From assembly GCA_009691705.1 (NCBI GenBank), contig SIAR01000010.1:1430-65429 (forward strand): DNA of 64,000 bases. Reading direction: 5' to 3'. This stretch comes from Phycisphaerales bacterium. Its GTDB lineage: Bacteria; Planctomycetota; Phycisphaerae; Phycisphaerales; SM1A02. Both the position numbers and the translations under genes were made by a program. How positions within the stretch are numbered: the stretch's first letter is position 1; every line of letters starts with the position of its first letter. Positions 1 through 8,848 of the stretch are shown one piece after another. The notes beneath the pieces were generated by a model. The model did not search any database. It had not been told where the DNA came from and saw nothing but the letters and a program-made list of their open reading frames with translations.

Positions 1-214
1 GCACTGCTGGGCAACCGCCGAGCCGAAGGGCACGCTGCGCCAGTGGTTGATGCTGGCAGCGAAGCCGCTGCAGACAGCATTCTTGGTATTGGTGGATCAG
101 GCGCGAGTTGACGCGCTTGGCTGGAGTTTTTGTCTAGCCAATCGGCTTTGGTTTCGGCTTTTGACTCGCGTTTCACGGATCGATTCTTGTCTGGTGTTTC
201 CTGTTCTATCTATC

Positions 215-218
215 GGAG
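215..218 (+). promoter_or_regulatory. Shine-Dalgarno-like GGAG upstream of the infB GTG start
   Basis: GGAG at 215-218, 6 nt before the GTG at 225 that opens the IF-2 reading frame. Confidence 0.4.
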
Positions 219-224
219 TAACTC

Positions 225-3035
225 GTGGCAGTGAAGTCCCTGAAAAAAGTTCGAATTACCCAAGTGGCAAAGGACCTCGGGGTCACCACGAAAGACATCA
301 TCGAGAAGTGCATCCGCGAAGGCGTCGAAGATGTCACGAGCCCACAAGCGTCGATCCCGTTGGGATTGGCGGAGACGATCAAGGAGTGGTTTGGCGGAGC
401 AGGTTCATCGACTTCGACCGAAACGGCACAGAGCGTCGATGTCGCTGAAGCGAAGAAACGCGCTGAGAAGCTCGCGCCTAAGCGCAAGGGGAAGGCGACT
501 GAGCCAAGGACCGCGCCTGAAGTTCAGATGGTCGTGATCGATCCCATCGCGCCGGTAGTGAGTGCTTCGAACAAGCCAGTCGTTGTTGCAGCAGTCGTGA
601 GCGCTCATGCACCAGCGGCGCCAGTTCAGAAACCTGCAATCACGATTCTTCCTCCGCGCGTCGCGCCAGCTTCGACGGCAGCGCGTGTGCCACACTCTGC
701 CGCCGCGAGTTCACCGTCAGGCGTGTCGATCAATGCGCCAACCGTTGCGGCCCATGTTGCATCAGTCACGGCGCCGGCCGTTGCGCCGGCAAGACCAATT
801 GTGCCTGCGAAACCAGCCGCTGTGATCAAACCCGCTGCCATGAACGTGCCGACGCGTCCAGTGCGCGCGAAGCCGACGAGCGAGATGTTGGCGCAGCCGA
901 CCAAGACGAGTCTCTCGGGTCCAAAGGTCATTCGAATCGACAAGGCAGATGTGCTGCCAGTTCCTCGCCCGCGCTTTGGTGCACCGATGGGTGGACCCAC
1001 TAGTGCCGGCGGGGCGGGCGTCGCGCGACCAGGTGGATTCACACCGGGCAAGCGACCGCGTCCTACAGATGCCGGTCGGTCAGGACGCAAGGGAGAGGCG
1101 GGTGCGGGCGTCGGTTCTCGCTCGACCAAAGATCTCGAAGAACGCACTAGCCGAATCGCGGGAGCCGATGGTTTCTTTCGCAAGCACAAGCCGGGACTCA
1201 TGCGCCCCGGATCACATTCGCCGCGGGTTGTGGTTGCGAAGCCGCAAGGTCCGGTCAAGGTTCCCGATCCAGTCTCGGTGAAGGAGCTCTCGGCGCTCAC
1301 CGGCATCAAGGTCGCAGAGATCATGAAGAAGTTTCTGCTCGCGGGAAATCCAATCACGATTAACAGCGCTCTCGATGGAACTCAATCTGCCGAGGTCATG
1401 ATGGAGTTCAGCATCGAAATCGAGGTGAAGGCATCCAAGACTGCGGCCGATGAAATCGAACAAGAATTCGCGGCGCGTGAGCGTTCAGACGAACGGGCCC
1501 GCTCGGCGGTTGTCACGATTCTCGGTCACGTCGATCACGGCAAGACGACCCTGCTCGACCGAATTCGCAGCACCAACATCGCGGCGGGCGAAGCTGGTGG
1601 AATCACCCAGTCGACCCGGGCATTTCAGGTCGAAGTCAAGGTCAGCGACCAACCGCGCACGATTACGTTCATCGATACACCGGGTCACGAGGCGTTCACG
1701 GCGATGCGCGCGCGTGGTGCGAAGGTGACAGACGTGGTGGTGCTCGTCATCGACGCGGTCGATGGGGTCATGCCACAGACAATCGAGAGCATCAATCACA
1801 TCAAGGCGGCGAAGGTCGCAGTGATTGTGGCGTTGAACAAGATCGACCGTCCAGAGTTCGACGAGAAGAACTTGCAGCGCATCTATGGAGAGCTTGCGAA
1901 GTATGACCTCAATCCAGTGCCGTGGGGTGGATCGGTCGAAGTGGCGCTAGTGAGCGGTCTCAAGGGCACGGGCCTTCCCGAATTGCTCGAGCTCATCGCA
2001 CTGCAAGCAGACGTTCTCGAACTCAAAGCAGACTGGGGCGGCCACGCGCTGGGCACAGTGCTCGAAGCGCGCATGGAAGAGGGTCGCGGTGCTGTTGCGC
2101 AGTTGCTCGTGCAAGAAGGTGTGCTCAAGCGCGGCGACTTCGTCGTCGTGGGTCGAGCATTTGGCCGGGTGCGCGACATTGTGAACGATCGTGGTGTCCG
2201 CATCACGTCGGCAGAACCAACGGCGACTGTGGCGATTTCTGGAATGGATCTCTTGCCCGACGCGGGCGACAAGTTCTATGTGGTTGAATCGCTAGCAGCG
2301 GCTGAGCTAGCAGCAAAGGAGCGGCGCGCACTCGAACGCGACCGCGAGCTCTCTGCTCCCAAGGTCACTCTCGACAACATCTTTGAAACGATGGCGAACT
2401 CGAAGAAGAAGGAGTTGCCGCTGGTGGTCAAAGGTGACGTGCAGGGGTCTGTCGAGACACTCAAAATGGTGCTCGGACGAATCAAGGCCGAAGATGTCTC
2501 GATCTCGATCAAGCACGCCGGCGTGGGTGGGATCAACGAGAGCGACATCGAACTTGCCGCCACAACTGGGGCAGTCGTCGTCGGATTCAACGTCACGAGC
2601 AATGCAAAGTCGCGGCAACTTGCCGAAGCGCGCAAGATCGATATTCGCCTTTACGAAGTCATCTATCAGCTCACCGACGACATGGAGAAAGCCGTGCGTG
2701 GATTGCTCGAACCCGAAGTGCGACTGCAGGTGCTCGGACATGCCGACGTACGTGCCGTTTATAAGATCACCAAGGTCGGCGCGATCGCAGGGTGCTACGT
2801 CACCGACGGAGTCGTCGAGCGCAACGCTCAGATTCGTGTCACGCGTGATGGCATCGTTGTCGAAAAGGATCGCCGCCTCGAACAGCTCAAGAGATTCAAA
2901 GAAGATGCGCGCGAAGTGCGTTCTGGAAACGAGTGCGGCATGAAGATCAATGGCTACGACGACATCCGCGAAGGCGACGTGCTCGAGTGCTACCGAACTA
3001 TCACGGTTCGCCCACTAGGTGGCGGAAATGCGTGA
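225..3035 (+). CDS. infB: translation initiation factor IF-2
   Basis: 936-aa ORF. Pro/Ala-rich N-terminal region followed by a GTPase core ([24 protein letters not shown]). The C-terminal domains are typical of IF-2. rbfA follows directly. Confidence 0.97.
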   Translation: MAVKSLKKVRITQVAKDLGVTTKDIIEKCIREGVEDVTSPQASIPLGLAETIKEWFGGAGSSTSTETAQSVDVAEAKKRAEKLAPKRKGKATEPRTAPEVQMVVIDPIAPVVSASNKPVVVAAVVSAHAPAAPVQKPAITILPPRVAPASTAARVPHSAAASSPSGVSINAPTVAAHVASVTAPAVAPARPIVPAKPAAVIKPAAMNVPTRPVRAKPTSEMLAQPTKTSLSGPKVIRIDKADVLPVPRPRFGAPMGGPTSAGGAGVARPGGFTPGKRPRPTDAGRSGRKGEAGAGVGSRSTKDLEERTSRIAGADGFFRKHKPGLMRPGSHSPRVVVAKPQGPVKVPDPVSVKELSALTGIKVAEIMKKFLLAGNPITINSALDGTQSAEVMMEFSIEIEVKASKTAADEIEQEFAARERSDERARSAVVTILGHVDHGKTTLLDRIRSTNIAAGEAGGITQSTRAFQVEVKVSDQPRTITFIDTPGHEAFTAMRARGAKVTDVVVLVIDAVDGVMPQTIESINHIKAAKVAVIVALNKIDRPEFDEKNLQRIYGELAKYDLNPVPWGGSVEVALVSGLKGTGLPELLELIALQADVLELKADWGGHALGTVLEARMEEGRGAVAQLLVQEGVLKRGDFVVVGRAFGRVRDIVNDRGVRITSAEPTATVAISGMDLLPDAGDKFYVVESLAAAELAAKERRALERDRELSAPKVTLDNIFETMANSKKKELPLVVKGDVQGSVETLKMVLGRIKAEDVSISIKHAGVGGINESDIELAATTGAVVVGFNVTSNAKSRQLAEARKIDIRLYEVIYQLTDDMEKAVRGLLEPEVRLQVLGHADVRAVYKITKVGAIAGCYVTDGVVERNAQIRVTRDGIVVEKDRRLEQLKRFKEDAREVRSGNECGMKINGYDDIREGDVLECYRTITVRPLGGGNA

Positions 3036-3474
3036 GCGTCGCAGCGACGATCGATCCCAGCAGCGATCCAATGGACCGCGACTTCCTCCCGGCGTCTCGT
3101 TCTCAGCCGATGGATCGCGGCGCGATGAGGTTCCTAGCTCGCGTCCAGCACAAGTCGCAAGCGTCTTGCAACGTGCCTTGCAAGAGCGCATCGTTCGCGG
3201 ACTCTCAGATCCGCGGCTGCAGGGAATGGTCTCGATTCAAGAGGTACTCATGAGTCCAGACTTGCTCAGCGCCCGCGTCAAAGTATCGGTGCTTCCAGCA
3301 GATCGCGGTCCACTTTCGGTGGCTGCCCTGCGAAACGCCGTTGGATTCTTGCGCTCATCACTGCGGGAGTCGACGAGTTTGCGCCGCGTGCCAGAGTTGA
3401 AGTTTGAGTTGATAACACCGCCCGAAATCATCCCGCCGTTTTCTTCCACCACAATCGTTGAGGACCCTTCGTGA
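3028..3474 (+). CDS. rbfA: ribosome-binding factor A (with a roughly 35-aa N-terminal extension)
   Basis: The core VASVLQRALQERIVRGLSDPRLQGMVSIQEVLMSPDLLSARVKVSVL matches the RbfA pattern (..DPR.....vt.V.vS.Dl..A.V.v). It sits directly after infB. The ATG at 3028 overlaps the infB stop; a GTG at 3019 is an alternative start. Confidence 0.85.
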   Translation: MRERRSDDRSQQRSNGPRLPPGVSFSADGSRRDEVPSSRPAQVASVLQRALQERIVRGLSDPRLQGMVSIQEVLMSPDLLSARVKVSVLPADRGPLSVAALRNAVGFLRSSLRESTSLRRVPELKFELITPPEIIPPFSSTTIVEDPS

Positions 3475-4217
3475 CCGAAAAGAAGCCAGCGTTCAATATC
3501 AATCGACTCAATTCGCTCGTGAAGAAGTACAGCGCCAGGGCGCGCACCGAAGAGCCTAATGCGACCGATCTTCTTGGGCTGATGATTCATTCAGCCCTCC
3601 TGTACGACGCGACGACGGAGATGGCAGATGGTGCGATGCAACGCATTCGCAGCCGCAATGTTGACTTCAACGAGTTTCGAGTGAACCTCGTTGATGAGAT
3701 GGTCGCGACCATCGGCGTCAAGCATCCAGATGGCTTCGAACGCATGCGTCGGCTGCGCATGACTCTCTTTGATCTCTACCGTCGCCATCACCGCGTGGGA
3801 CTCGAGCAACTTGTTGGCAAGCCGAAGCGCGACGTGCGTATCTACCTCGAGAATCTCGAAGGCATGCGCACTTATGTCGTCTCGCGGGTGATGTTGATTG
3901 GATTTGACGTTCCACTCCTCCCAATCGACGGGACGACGGTCGATCTGCTCGTGCACTACGAGGTGCTAGCCGAAGCGATGAAACCCAGTGAGTTGACGGA
4001 GATCTTCTTCAAGAAGTTCAGCAGTGATCGCGCTACGTTGATGCATTTCGCACTCGTTGCCGCTGCGGATGCCTTTCATAATTCTGGCAAGGCCGAGGCG
4101 GCACGCGTTGCCCGCGAGGCCATAAAAAAACCAACTGGTGCTGCGGCAGCGTCAGTGGCAGCTTCTGCGAAGAAGAAGGCGAAGGCGGCCTCCAAAGGCA
4201 AGGCAAAGTCGCATTGA
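3471..4217 (+). CDS. hypothetical protein, endonuclease III/HhH-GPD-like fold with a Lys/Ala-rich C-terminal tail
   Basis: 248-aa ORF whose GTG start overlaps the rbfA stop (GTGA). By eye, LENLEGMRTYVVSRVMLIGFDVPLLPIDGTTVDLL aligns with the EndoIII helix-hairpin-helix block (LPGVGRKTANVVL......VDTH). The catalytic Lys position reads R/T and there is no C-terminal 4-Cys cluster. The tail is KKPTGAAAASVAASAKKKAKAASKGKAKSH. Confidence 0.4.
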   Translation: MTEKKPAFNINRLNSLVKKYSARARTEEPNATDLLGLMIHSALLYDATTEMADGAMQRIRSRNVDFNEFRVNLVDEMVATIGVKHPDGFERMRRLRMTLFDLYRRHHRVGLEQLVGKPKRDVRIYLENLEGMRTYVVSRVMLIGFDVPLLPIDGTTVDLLVHYEVLAEAMKPSELTEIFFKKFSSDRATLMHFALVAAADAFHNSGKAEAARVAREAIKKPTGAAAASVAASAKKKAKAASKGKAKSH

Positions 4218-4270
4218 TGGATCGCGCTTGTTTCTCGCTGTTTGCTCGGTAGGTTTGTGGGAGTCTCCGC

Positions 4271-4996
4271 ATGGCTGGTCATAGTGCATGGAAGAACATC
4301 AAGCGCCGCAAGGCAGTTGTTGACGCCAAGCGCGGCAAAGTGTGGTCAAAGTGCGGTCGCGCAATCAGTGTTGCTGCCCGCGCGGGCGGTGGCGATGTGC
4401 GATTCAATTCGGGACTGCGTCTCGCAATTGACGAGGCGAAGGCGGCGAACATGCCGCGCGACACGATCGAGAAAGCGGTCAAGAAGGGCGCTGGCGGACT
4501 CGACGGTGAGACGTTTCACACGATTCGTTACGAGGGATATGGCGCGGGTGGCGTCGCGGTGATTGTCGAGTGCCTCACCTCGAATCTCAACCGCACAGCT
4601 GGCGATGTTCGTGTGATCTTTGACAAGAATGGCGGCAATCTGGGAGTTCCTGGATCGGTCGCGTTCAGTTTTCAATTGCTTGGCGTGATCGTGGTCGACG
4701 GCGCGAAGCTCAATGAAGAGCAGGCGGTTGATATTGCCATTACTGCTGGAGCGCAAGATGTCGTGGCAGATGATGGTGTCTGGCAGATCACGACATCTCC
4801 TGGTTCGCTCGCCGCTGTTCGCGATGCGCTAGAGGGAGCGGGCGCTCATCCATCGGATGCGCAGGTTGCGTGGGTGCCGTTGACGACCATCGATGTCGAA
4901 GGCGATCACGCCGATTTGGTCACAAAATTGACTGATGCGTTTGAAGAGCACGATGACGTGCAGAAGGTCTTTACCAATGCGAACTATCTCGAGTGA
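4271..4996 (+). CDS. YebC/PmpR family DNA-binding transcriptional regulator
   Basis: The N-terminus MAGHSAWKNIKRRKAVVDAKRGK and the 241-aa length are characteristic of the YebC/PmpR family. Confidence 0.93.
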   Translation: MAGHSAWKNIKRRKAVVDAKRGKVWSKCGRAISVAARAGGGDVRFNSGLRLAIDEAKAANMPRDTIEKAVKKGAGGLDGETFHTIRYEGYGAGGVAVIVECLTSNLNRTAGDVRVIFDKNGGNLGVPGSVAFSFQLLGVIVVDGAKLNEEQAVDIAITAGAQDVVADDGVWQITTSPGSLAAVRDALEGAGAHPSDAQVAWVPLTTIDVEGDHADLVTKLTDAFEEHDDVQKVFTNANYLE

Positions 4997-5561
4997 ACTT
5001 GCGGGGGTTGTGGCGCTGTGTTGGGTGGCCATGGGAGGGGTGATCGGCTGCACGACGACTTCGCGCGACTATCCAGGAGTTGCTGCGGATGCACTTTGGA
5101 AGGCCGCCGTTGGAGCGGCGCAGCATCCGCGCTACACCGACTGGATGGTCACAGAAAACGGAGTCTTCGTCGATGAACCCGCCGGACGCATCGAGGTCTA
5201 CCGCGAATTGAAGCGCGATCATGCTCCTCCGGGAGCGGCGTTGCAGCGGCAGAGCGAGATTTGGACGCTTTCCATTCGCGTTGAGACGCATGATCGACTG
5301 CCCAAAGTTGTGATCGATACACGCAGCACGCTGCGATCGCCTGGGTTCTGGAAGCAGACCGATCACTTCTTTACTGAGATCGACTCGCGATTGGCACAGT
5401 CAACGAGCGCAGCGGCCGCGACAAGCGAGCAGGCGCCTGCAGCACACCCGAATGCCAATGGACTCGAGGCTCCCAGTGCCCAAGACAAACCAGTCGCGCA
5501 GGGAACTGCCCAACAACCTGCGGCGAGCGGTGCCGCGCAAGAGCCGATGAAGACACCGTAA
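4977..5561 (+). CDS. hypothetical lipoprotein
   Basis: An internal ATG at 4977 gives MRTISSELAGVVALCWVAMGGVIGC, a signal peptide with lipobox VIGC. The C-terminus is low-complexity Ala/Gln/Pro. The gene overlaps the last 20 nt of the YebC-family gene. I recognise no family. Confidence 0.55.
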   Translation: MRTISSELAGVVALCWVAMGGVIGCTTTSRDYPGVAADALWKAAVGAAQHPRYTDWMVTENGVFVDEPAGRIEVYRELKRDHAPPGAALQRQSEIWTLSIRVETHDRLPKVVIDTRSTLRSPGFWKQTDHFFTEIDSRLAQSTSAAAATSEQAPAAHPNANGLEAPSAQDKPVAQGTAQQPAASGAAQEPMKTP

Positions 5562-5586
5562 ACGGTTTCTGCAAAGCCCACCTCAC

Positions 5587-6345
5587 TCACTTCGCTTCAA
5601 CCATCAGCCCCGCGCGCTTGAGCGCCTTGCGGGCGATCGCGGCAATAATCATCATCACGACGATGAGTGTGGCGATTCCGATGGTGAGGCCGATCCATCC
5701 CTTGTCGACCACGAGCTCCTGAATGTCGTGCGCTCCAGTTGCGGCAGCGGTCGCAGCGAAGGCGCAGGTGACGATGGTGCGCGGGAGCATTCCAATTGCA
5801 GTCCCGGCGAGCATGGGGAGCGGTCGCACTCCGGCTGCACCCATCGCAAGATTTGCAATGGCGAACGGCGAATTCGGAGGCAGACGCAGCAGGGCTATCA
5901 AGAAAAACGTTCTGCCTTGACTCGCCTCGACGAGTGCCTTGCGTATCACGGCGCCGCGCGGATTGCTATCCACAAGCGCGATGATCGCCCCACCGCTGAT
6001 GAATCGGGCGAGAAAGAGTCCAATGGCAGCGCCTGCCGTGAGACCGCACATTGCGGCAGCCGATCCGGTGGTGGCGCCGAAAACCCATCCACCCAGAATT
6101 GCTTGGGCGTAGGTTGGAAGCACGCCAAAGCCCGAGGTGATTGCGAACACCGCAATGAAAATCGTGAGCCCCTCTTCAGGACGCTCCCGCAACCAATCTC
6201 CCACGGGACCGAGTTGCGCGATCAGCCAGAATCCCATGAGTGGCGGAACGGTGAGCCAGAGCGCGCCTAGTACGAAGACTGCTTTGCGTCTCCAGGGTGC
6301 GAGATGGTGAAAGCGGTCGATGAGTTGTTTCGTTTGGTCGATCAT
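5587..6345 (-). CDS. TVP38/TMEM64 family (DedA-related) inner membrane protein
   Basis: The ORF is trimmed to the internal ATG at 6345 (MIDQTKQLIDRF...), because the upstream 163 codons overlap the well-supported TauE gene. It has multiple TM helices. LPTYAQAILGGWVFG and FFLIALLRLPPNSPFAIANLAMG match the TVP38/SNARE-associated pattern. Confidence 0.75.
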   Translation of the reverse strand: MIDQTKQLIDRFHHLAPWRRKAVFVLGALWLTVPPLMGFWLIAQLGPVGDWLRERPEEGLTIFIAVFAITSGFGVLPTYAQAILGGWVFGATTGSAAAMCGLTAGAAIGLFLARFISGGAIIALVDSNPRGAVIRKALVEASQGRTFFLIALLRLPPNSPFAIANLAMGAAGVRPLPMLAGTAIGMLPRTIVTCAFAATAAATGAHDIQELVVDKGWIGLTIGIATLIVVMMIIAAIARKALKRAGLMVEAK

Positions 6346-6371
6346 GAATGGTTGGCCTGCGCGCGGCGACT

Positions 6372-7190
6372 TTATCTTCCGCCGCCAAGCATGCGAATCG
6401 AAAGTGCCATGCAGAGCAAGGCGAAAGCGAGCGCAAGATGGCGCGGGGGAATCTTGTGCACCACCGCTGCGCCGACCATAGCACCGAGATATGCCCCGGG
6501 GGCGAGCGCCGCGGCCAGCCAGAGCGCAGCAGTGATCGTGAGTGGATTGCCGGCACTGTCGAGCACGGTCGAAAGCGTTGAAAACTTCATGATCGCTCCA
6601 GCAATCACCGTGGGCAAGATCATGAACGCGCTCGTGGCGATTGTGACGCGCAGCGAAAACCCGTTGACAACGCGCATGAGCGGCACGGCGATGACTCCAC
6701 CTCCTACGCCGAGCATTCCTGCAAGCGAACCCATAAGCGTGCCGACCACCGCCGCGGGTTTCCATCCCGTGCGATGCAGAGGCACGACAATCTGCTCGGT
6801 GGGTTTTTGCGCAGTCGAGGCGAGTCGCTGCCACAACTCTGCGGCTGCCACGTACAGCAGAAACGCGGCGAAGATTCTCTCAAGCAGCACAGGATCGGTG
6901 AGGCGATTTGAAATCGCCACGCCAAATGCCACGGCCGCAATTGAGATTGGAATCGTGCGCCAGGCGAATGCCCACTCGATCGCTCTCGCGCGAATGTGCC
7001 GAGGGATGCTGCCAAGGCTCACCATGATCGCGGCGACCAGGCTTGCGGCTTGATAAAGGTGCGGATTGCTTCCCAACACGAGCGTCAGCAGGGGAATGAT
7101 GACGATGCCGCCGCCGATGCCGAAAAGTCCACCGAAGAATCCGCCCACACATCCAATGAGAATCGAAAGGGTGATGGTGGTGGAATCCAA
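6372..7190 (-). CDS. TauE/SafE family sulfite/anion exporter-like membrane protein
   Basis: 272 aa, highly hydrophobic, with duplicated Gly-rich helices (GGFFGGLFGIGGGIVIIPLL and GMLGVGGGVIAVPLM) typical of TauE/SafE (DUF81). The start codon is TTG. Confidence 0.85.
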   Translation of the reverse strand: MDSTTITLSILIGCVGGFFGGLFGIGGGIVIIPLLTLVLGSNPHLYQAASLVAAIMVSLGSIPRHIRARAIEWAFAWRTIPISIAAVAFGVAISNRLTDPVLLERIFAAFLLYVAAAELWQRLASTAQKPTEQIVVPLHRTGWKPAAVVGTLMGSLAGMLGVGGGVIAVPLMRVVNGFSLRVTIATSAFMILPTVIAGAIMKFSTLSTVLDSAGNPLTITAALWLAAALAPGAYLGAMVGAAVVHKIPPRHLALAFALLCMALSIRMLGGGR

Positions 7191-7269
7191 AGGCTGGGCT
7201 CGACAGGCGACGATAGAGAAAAAGAGGCAGGTTTGTCGAGAGCGTTCGGCGGCGGCGTAGGTTGACCAT

Positions 7270-8841
7270 GTGCACGCACTTGTTCACGCCTTCATGCTTC
7301 GCGGAATTGACGCACTGGCCTGCGAAGTTGAGGTGCACATTTCTCCTCATGGATTGCCGCAGATTTGCGTGGTTGGGTTGCCCGATGCGGCGATTCGCGA
7401 GTCGGTAGAACGGGTGCGCCGCGCCATCGAGGCATCGGGCTATGAAGTGCCGCGCCATCACGTCGTTGTCAATCTCGCTCCTGCGGGAACGCGCAAGGAG
7501 GGTCCGGTCTACGACCTTCCAATCGCCATGGGATTGCTCTTTGCCGCTGGAACTGCCGAGCCGAAGCGCGCCGATGCGCCGGAATCAAACGGGTGGTTGA
7601 TCGCAGGCGAACTCGCCCTCGATGGACGGCTGCGCCCAATTCGTGGCGCGGTGAGTGCGGCGTTGCTCGCCCGCGCGCATGGTCGAGGGATCATCGTGCC
7701 AGTAGAAAACGGGATGGAAGCAGCGCTGGTTCCTGATGTGCGAGTGATTGGAGCGCGCACGCTTCGTGAAGTCGTCGAGTTCTTTCGAGGCGAAGGCGTT
7801 CCCAACCCAGCGCAATTGACAAGTGACGAGGCGCACGCGCGGGCATTGGATGCGCAGAGCGATACGCGCGGCGCGGGTGAGGCAGCGGTGCTCACCCCCG
7901 TCGACTTTCGCGATATCAAAGGTCAAGCCGTTGCGAAGCGCGCGATGTTGATTGCAGCAGCGGGGGGGCACAACGCGCTCTTGCTGGGACCTGCTGGATG
8001 CGGCAAGACAATGTTGGTGCGGGCGCTCGCGGGCATACTGCCTCCGCTTCTCGCCGAGGAGGCGCTCGAAGTGATGCGCATCGGCTCATGTGCAGGGGTG
8101 GAGTGCACGCAAGCCATTCGCACTGGAAACCTCACGATTCCACGCCCAATTCGCGCTCCACATCACGGTGCCAGCGCCACGGCCATCGTGGGTGGAGGTC
8201 CTAGCGGGCGCCCAGGTGAGATCACGCTGGCGCATCACGGGGTGCTCTTTCTTGATGAGTTGCCAGAGTTTCGCCGCGACGTACTCGAAGCACTGCGCGA
8301 ACCGCTCGAAGGGGGGGTCGTCTCGATTGCACGCGCGAGTGGATCGATCCGCTGGCCCGCCATGACGATGCTCGTTGCGGCGATGAACCCGACTTCGCGC
8401 GGGGATCGGGTGGCGGGAGCTGGCGGAGCGCGGGCGATGAACGACTACTTGGGCCGCATCTCAGGACCGATTCTTGATCGCATCGATTTGCACGTTGAGG
8501 TGCGTCGGGTGAGCGCCCGCGATCTCGCGCGATTGAAGCCGAACAGTGAGAGCGCGGCGATGCGCGAACAAGTGCTGGGTGCGCGCGCGCGGTCGAATGC
8601 CCGACAAGGGTCGACCCCCAATGCGCGACTCGGCGGTGAAGCACTCGATCGTCACTGCGCGCTCGAAGGTCGGGCGGCTGATCTCTTGACGAGTGGACTC
8701 GACGAACTCGGTCTCAGCGCGCGTGCGCACGACAAGATTCGCCGCGTTGCGCGCACGATCGCAGATCTGGCGCGAGAGAGCGAAGTCAGTGCGGCCTGCG
8801 TAGCAGAAGCCATTCAGTATCGAACGCTCGGTGGTCGCTAG
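7270..8841 (+). CDS. comM: YifB/ComM family Mg-chelatase-like AAA+ ATPase
   Basis: The N-terminal Lon-protease-like domain (VEVHISPHGLPQICVVGLPDAAIRESVERV) and Walker A (GPAGCGKTM) are present. GVLFLDELPEF and the C-terminal ChlI-like region match, as does the 523-aa length. Confidence 0.93.
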   Translation: MHALVHAFMLRGIDALACEVEVHISPHGLPQICVVGLPDAAIRESVERVRRAIEASGYEVPRHHVVVNLAPAGTRKEGPVYDLPIAMGLLFAAGTAEPKRADAPESNGWLIAGELALDGRLRPIRGAVSAALLARAHGRGIIVPVENGMEAALVPDVRVIGARTLREVVEFFRGEGVPNPAQLTSDEAHARALDAQSDTRGAGEAAVLTPVDFRDIKGQAVAKRAMLIAAAGGHNALLLGPAGCGKTMLVRALAGILPPLLAEEALEVMRIGSCAGVECTQAIRTGNLTIPRPIRAPHHGASATAIVGGGPSGRPGEITLAHHGVLFLDELPEFRRDVLEALREPLEGGVVSIARASGSIRWPAMTMLVAAMNPTSRGDRVAGAGGARAMNDYLGRISGPILDRIDLHVEVRRVSARDLARLKPNSESAAMREQVLGARARSNARQGSTPNARLGGEALDRHCALEGRAADLLTSGLDELGLSARAHDKIRRVARTIADLARESEVSAACVAEAIQYRTLGGR

Positions 8842-8848
8842 CAGATCA

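Noticed and set aside
1-224. Possible 3' end of an upstream gene (nusA or ylxR would be expected before infB). Frame 1 is open up to a TGA at 106-108, and frame 2 has high GC3 up to about position 125.
   Set aside because: The fragment is too short and has no recognisable motif. Frame 1 has low third-position GC and frame 2 lacks a stop before infB, so I cannot support a call.
6346-6834. N-terminal extensions of track ORFs: 5587-6834 here, and likewise 8849-12121, 33402-34595, 16266-17456, 27327-28664, 60516-62042 and 61966-62349.
   Set aside because: The extensions overlap well-supported neighbouring genes and are Arg/Cys-rich. Internal ATGs give canonical N-termini or signal peptides, so I trimmed the starts instead of reporting overlapping genes.
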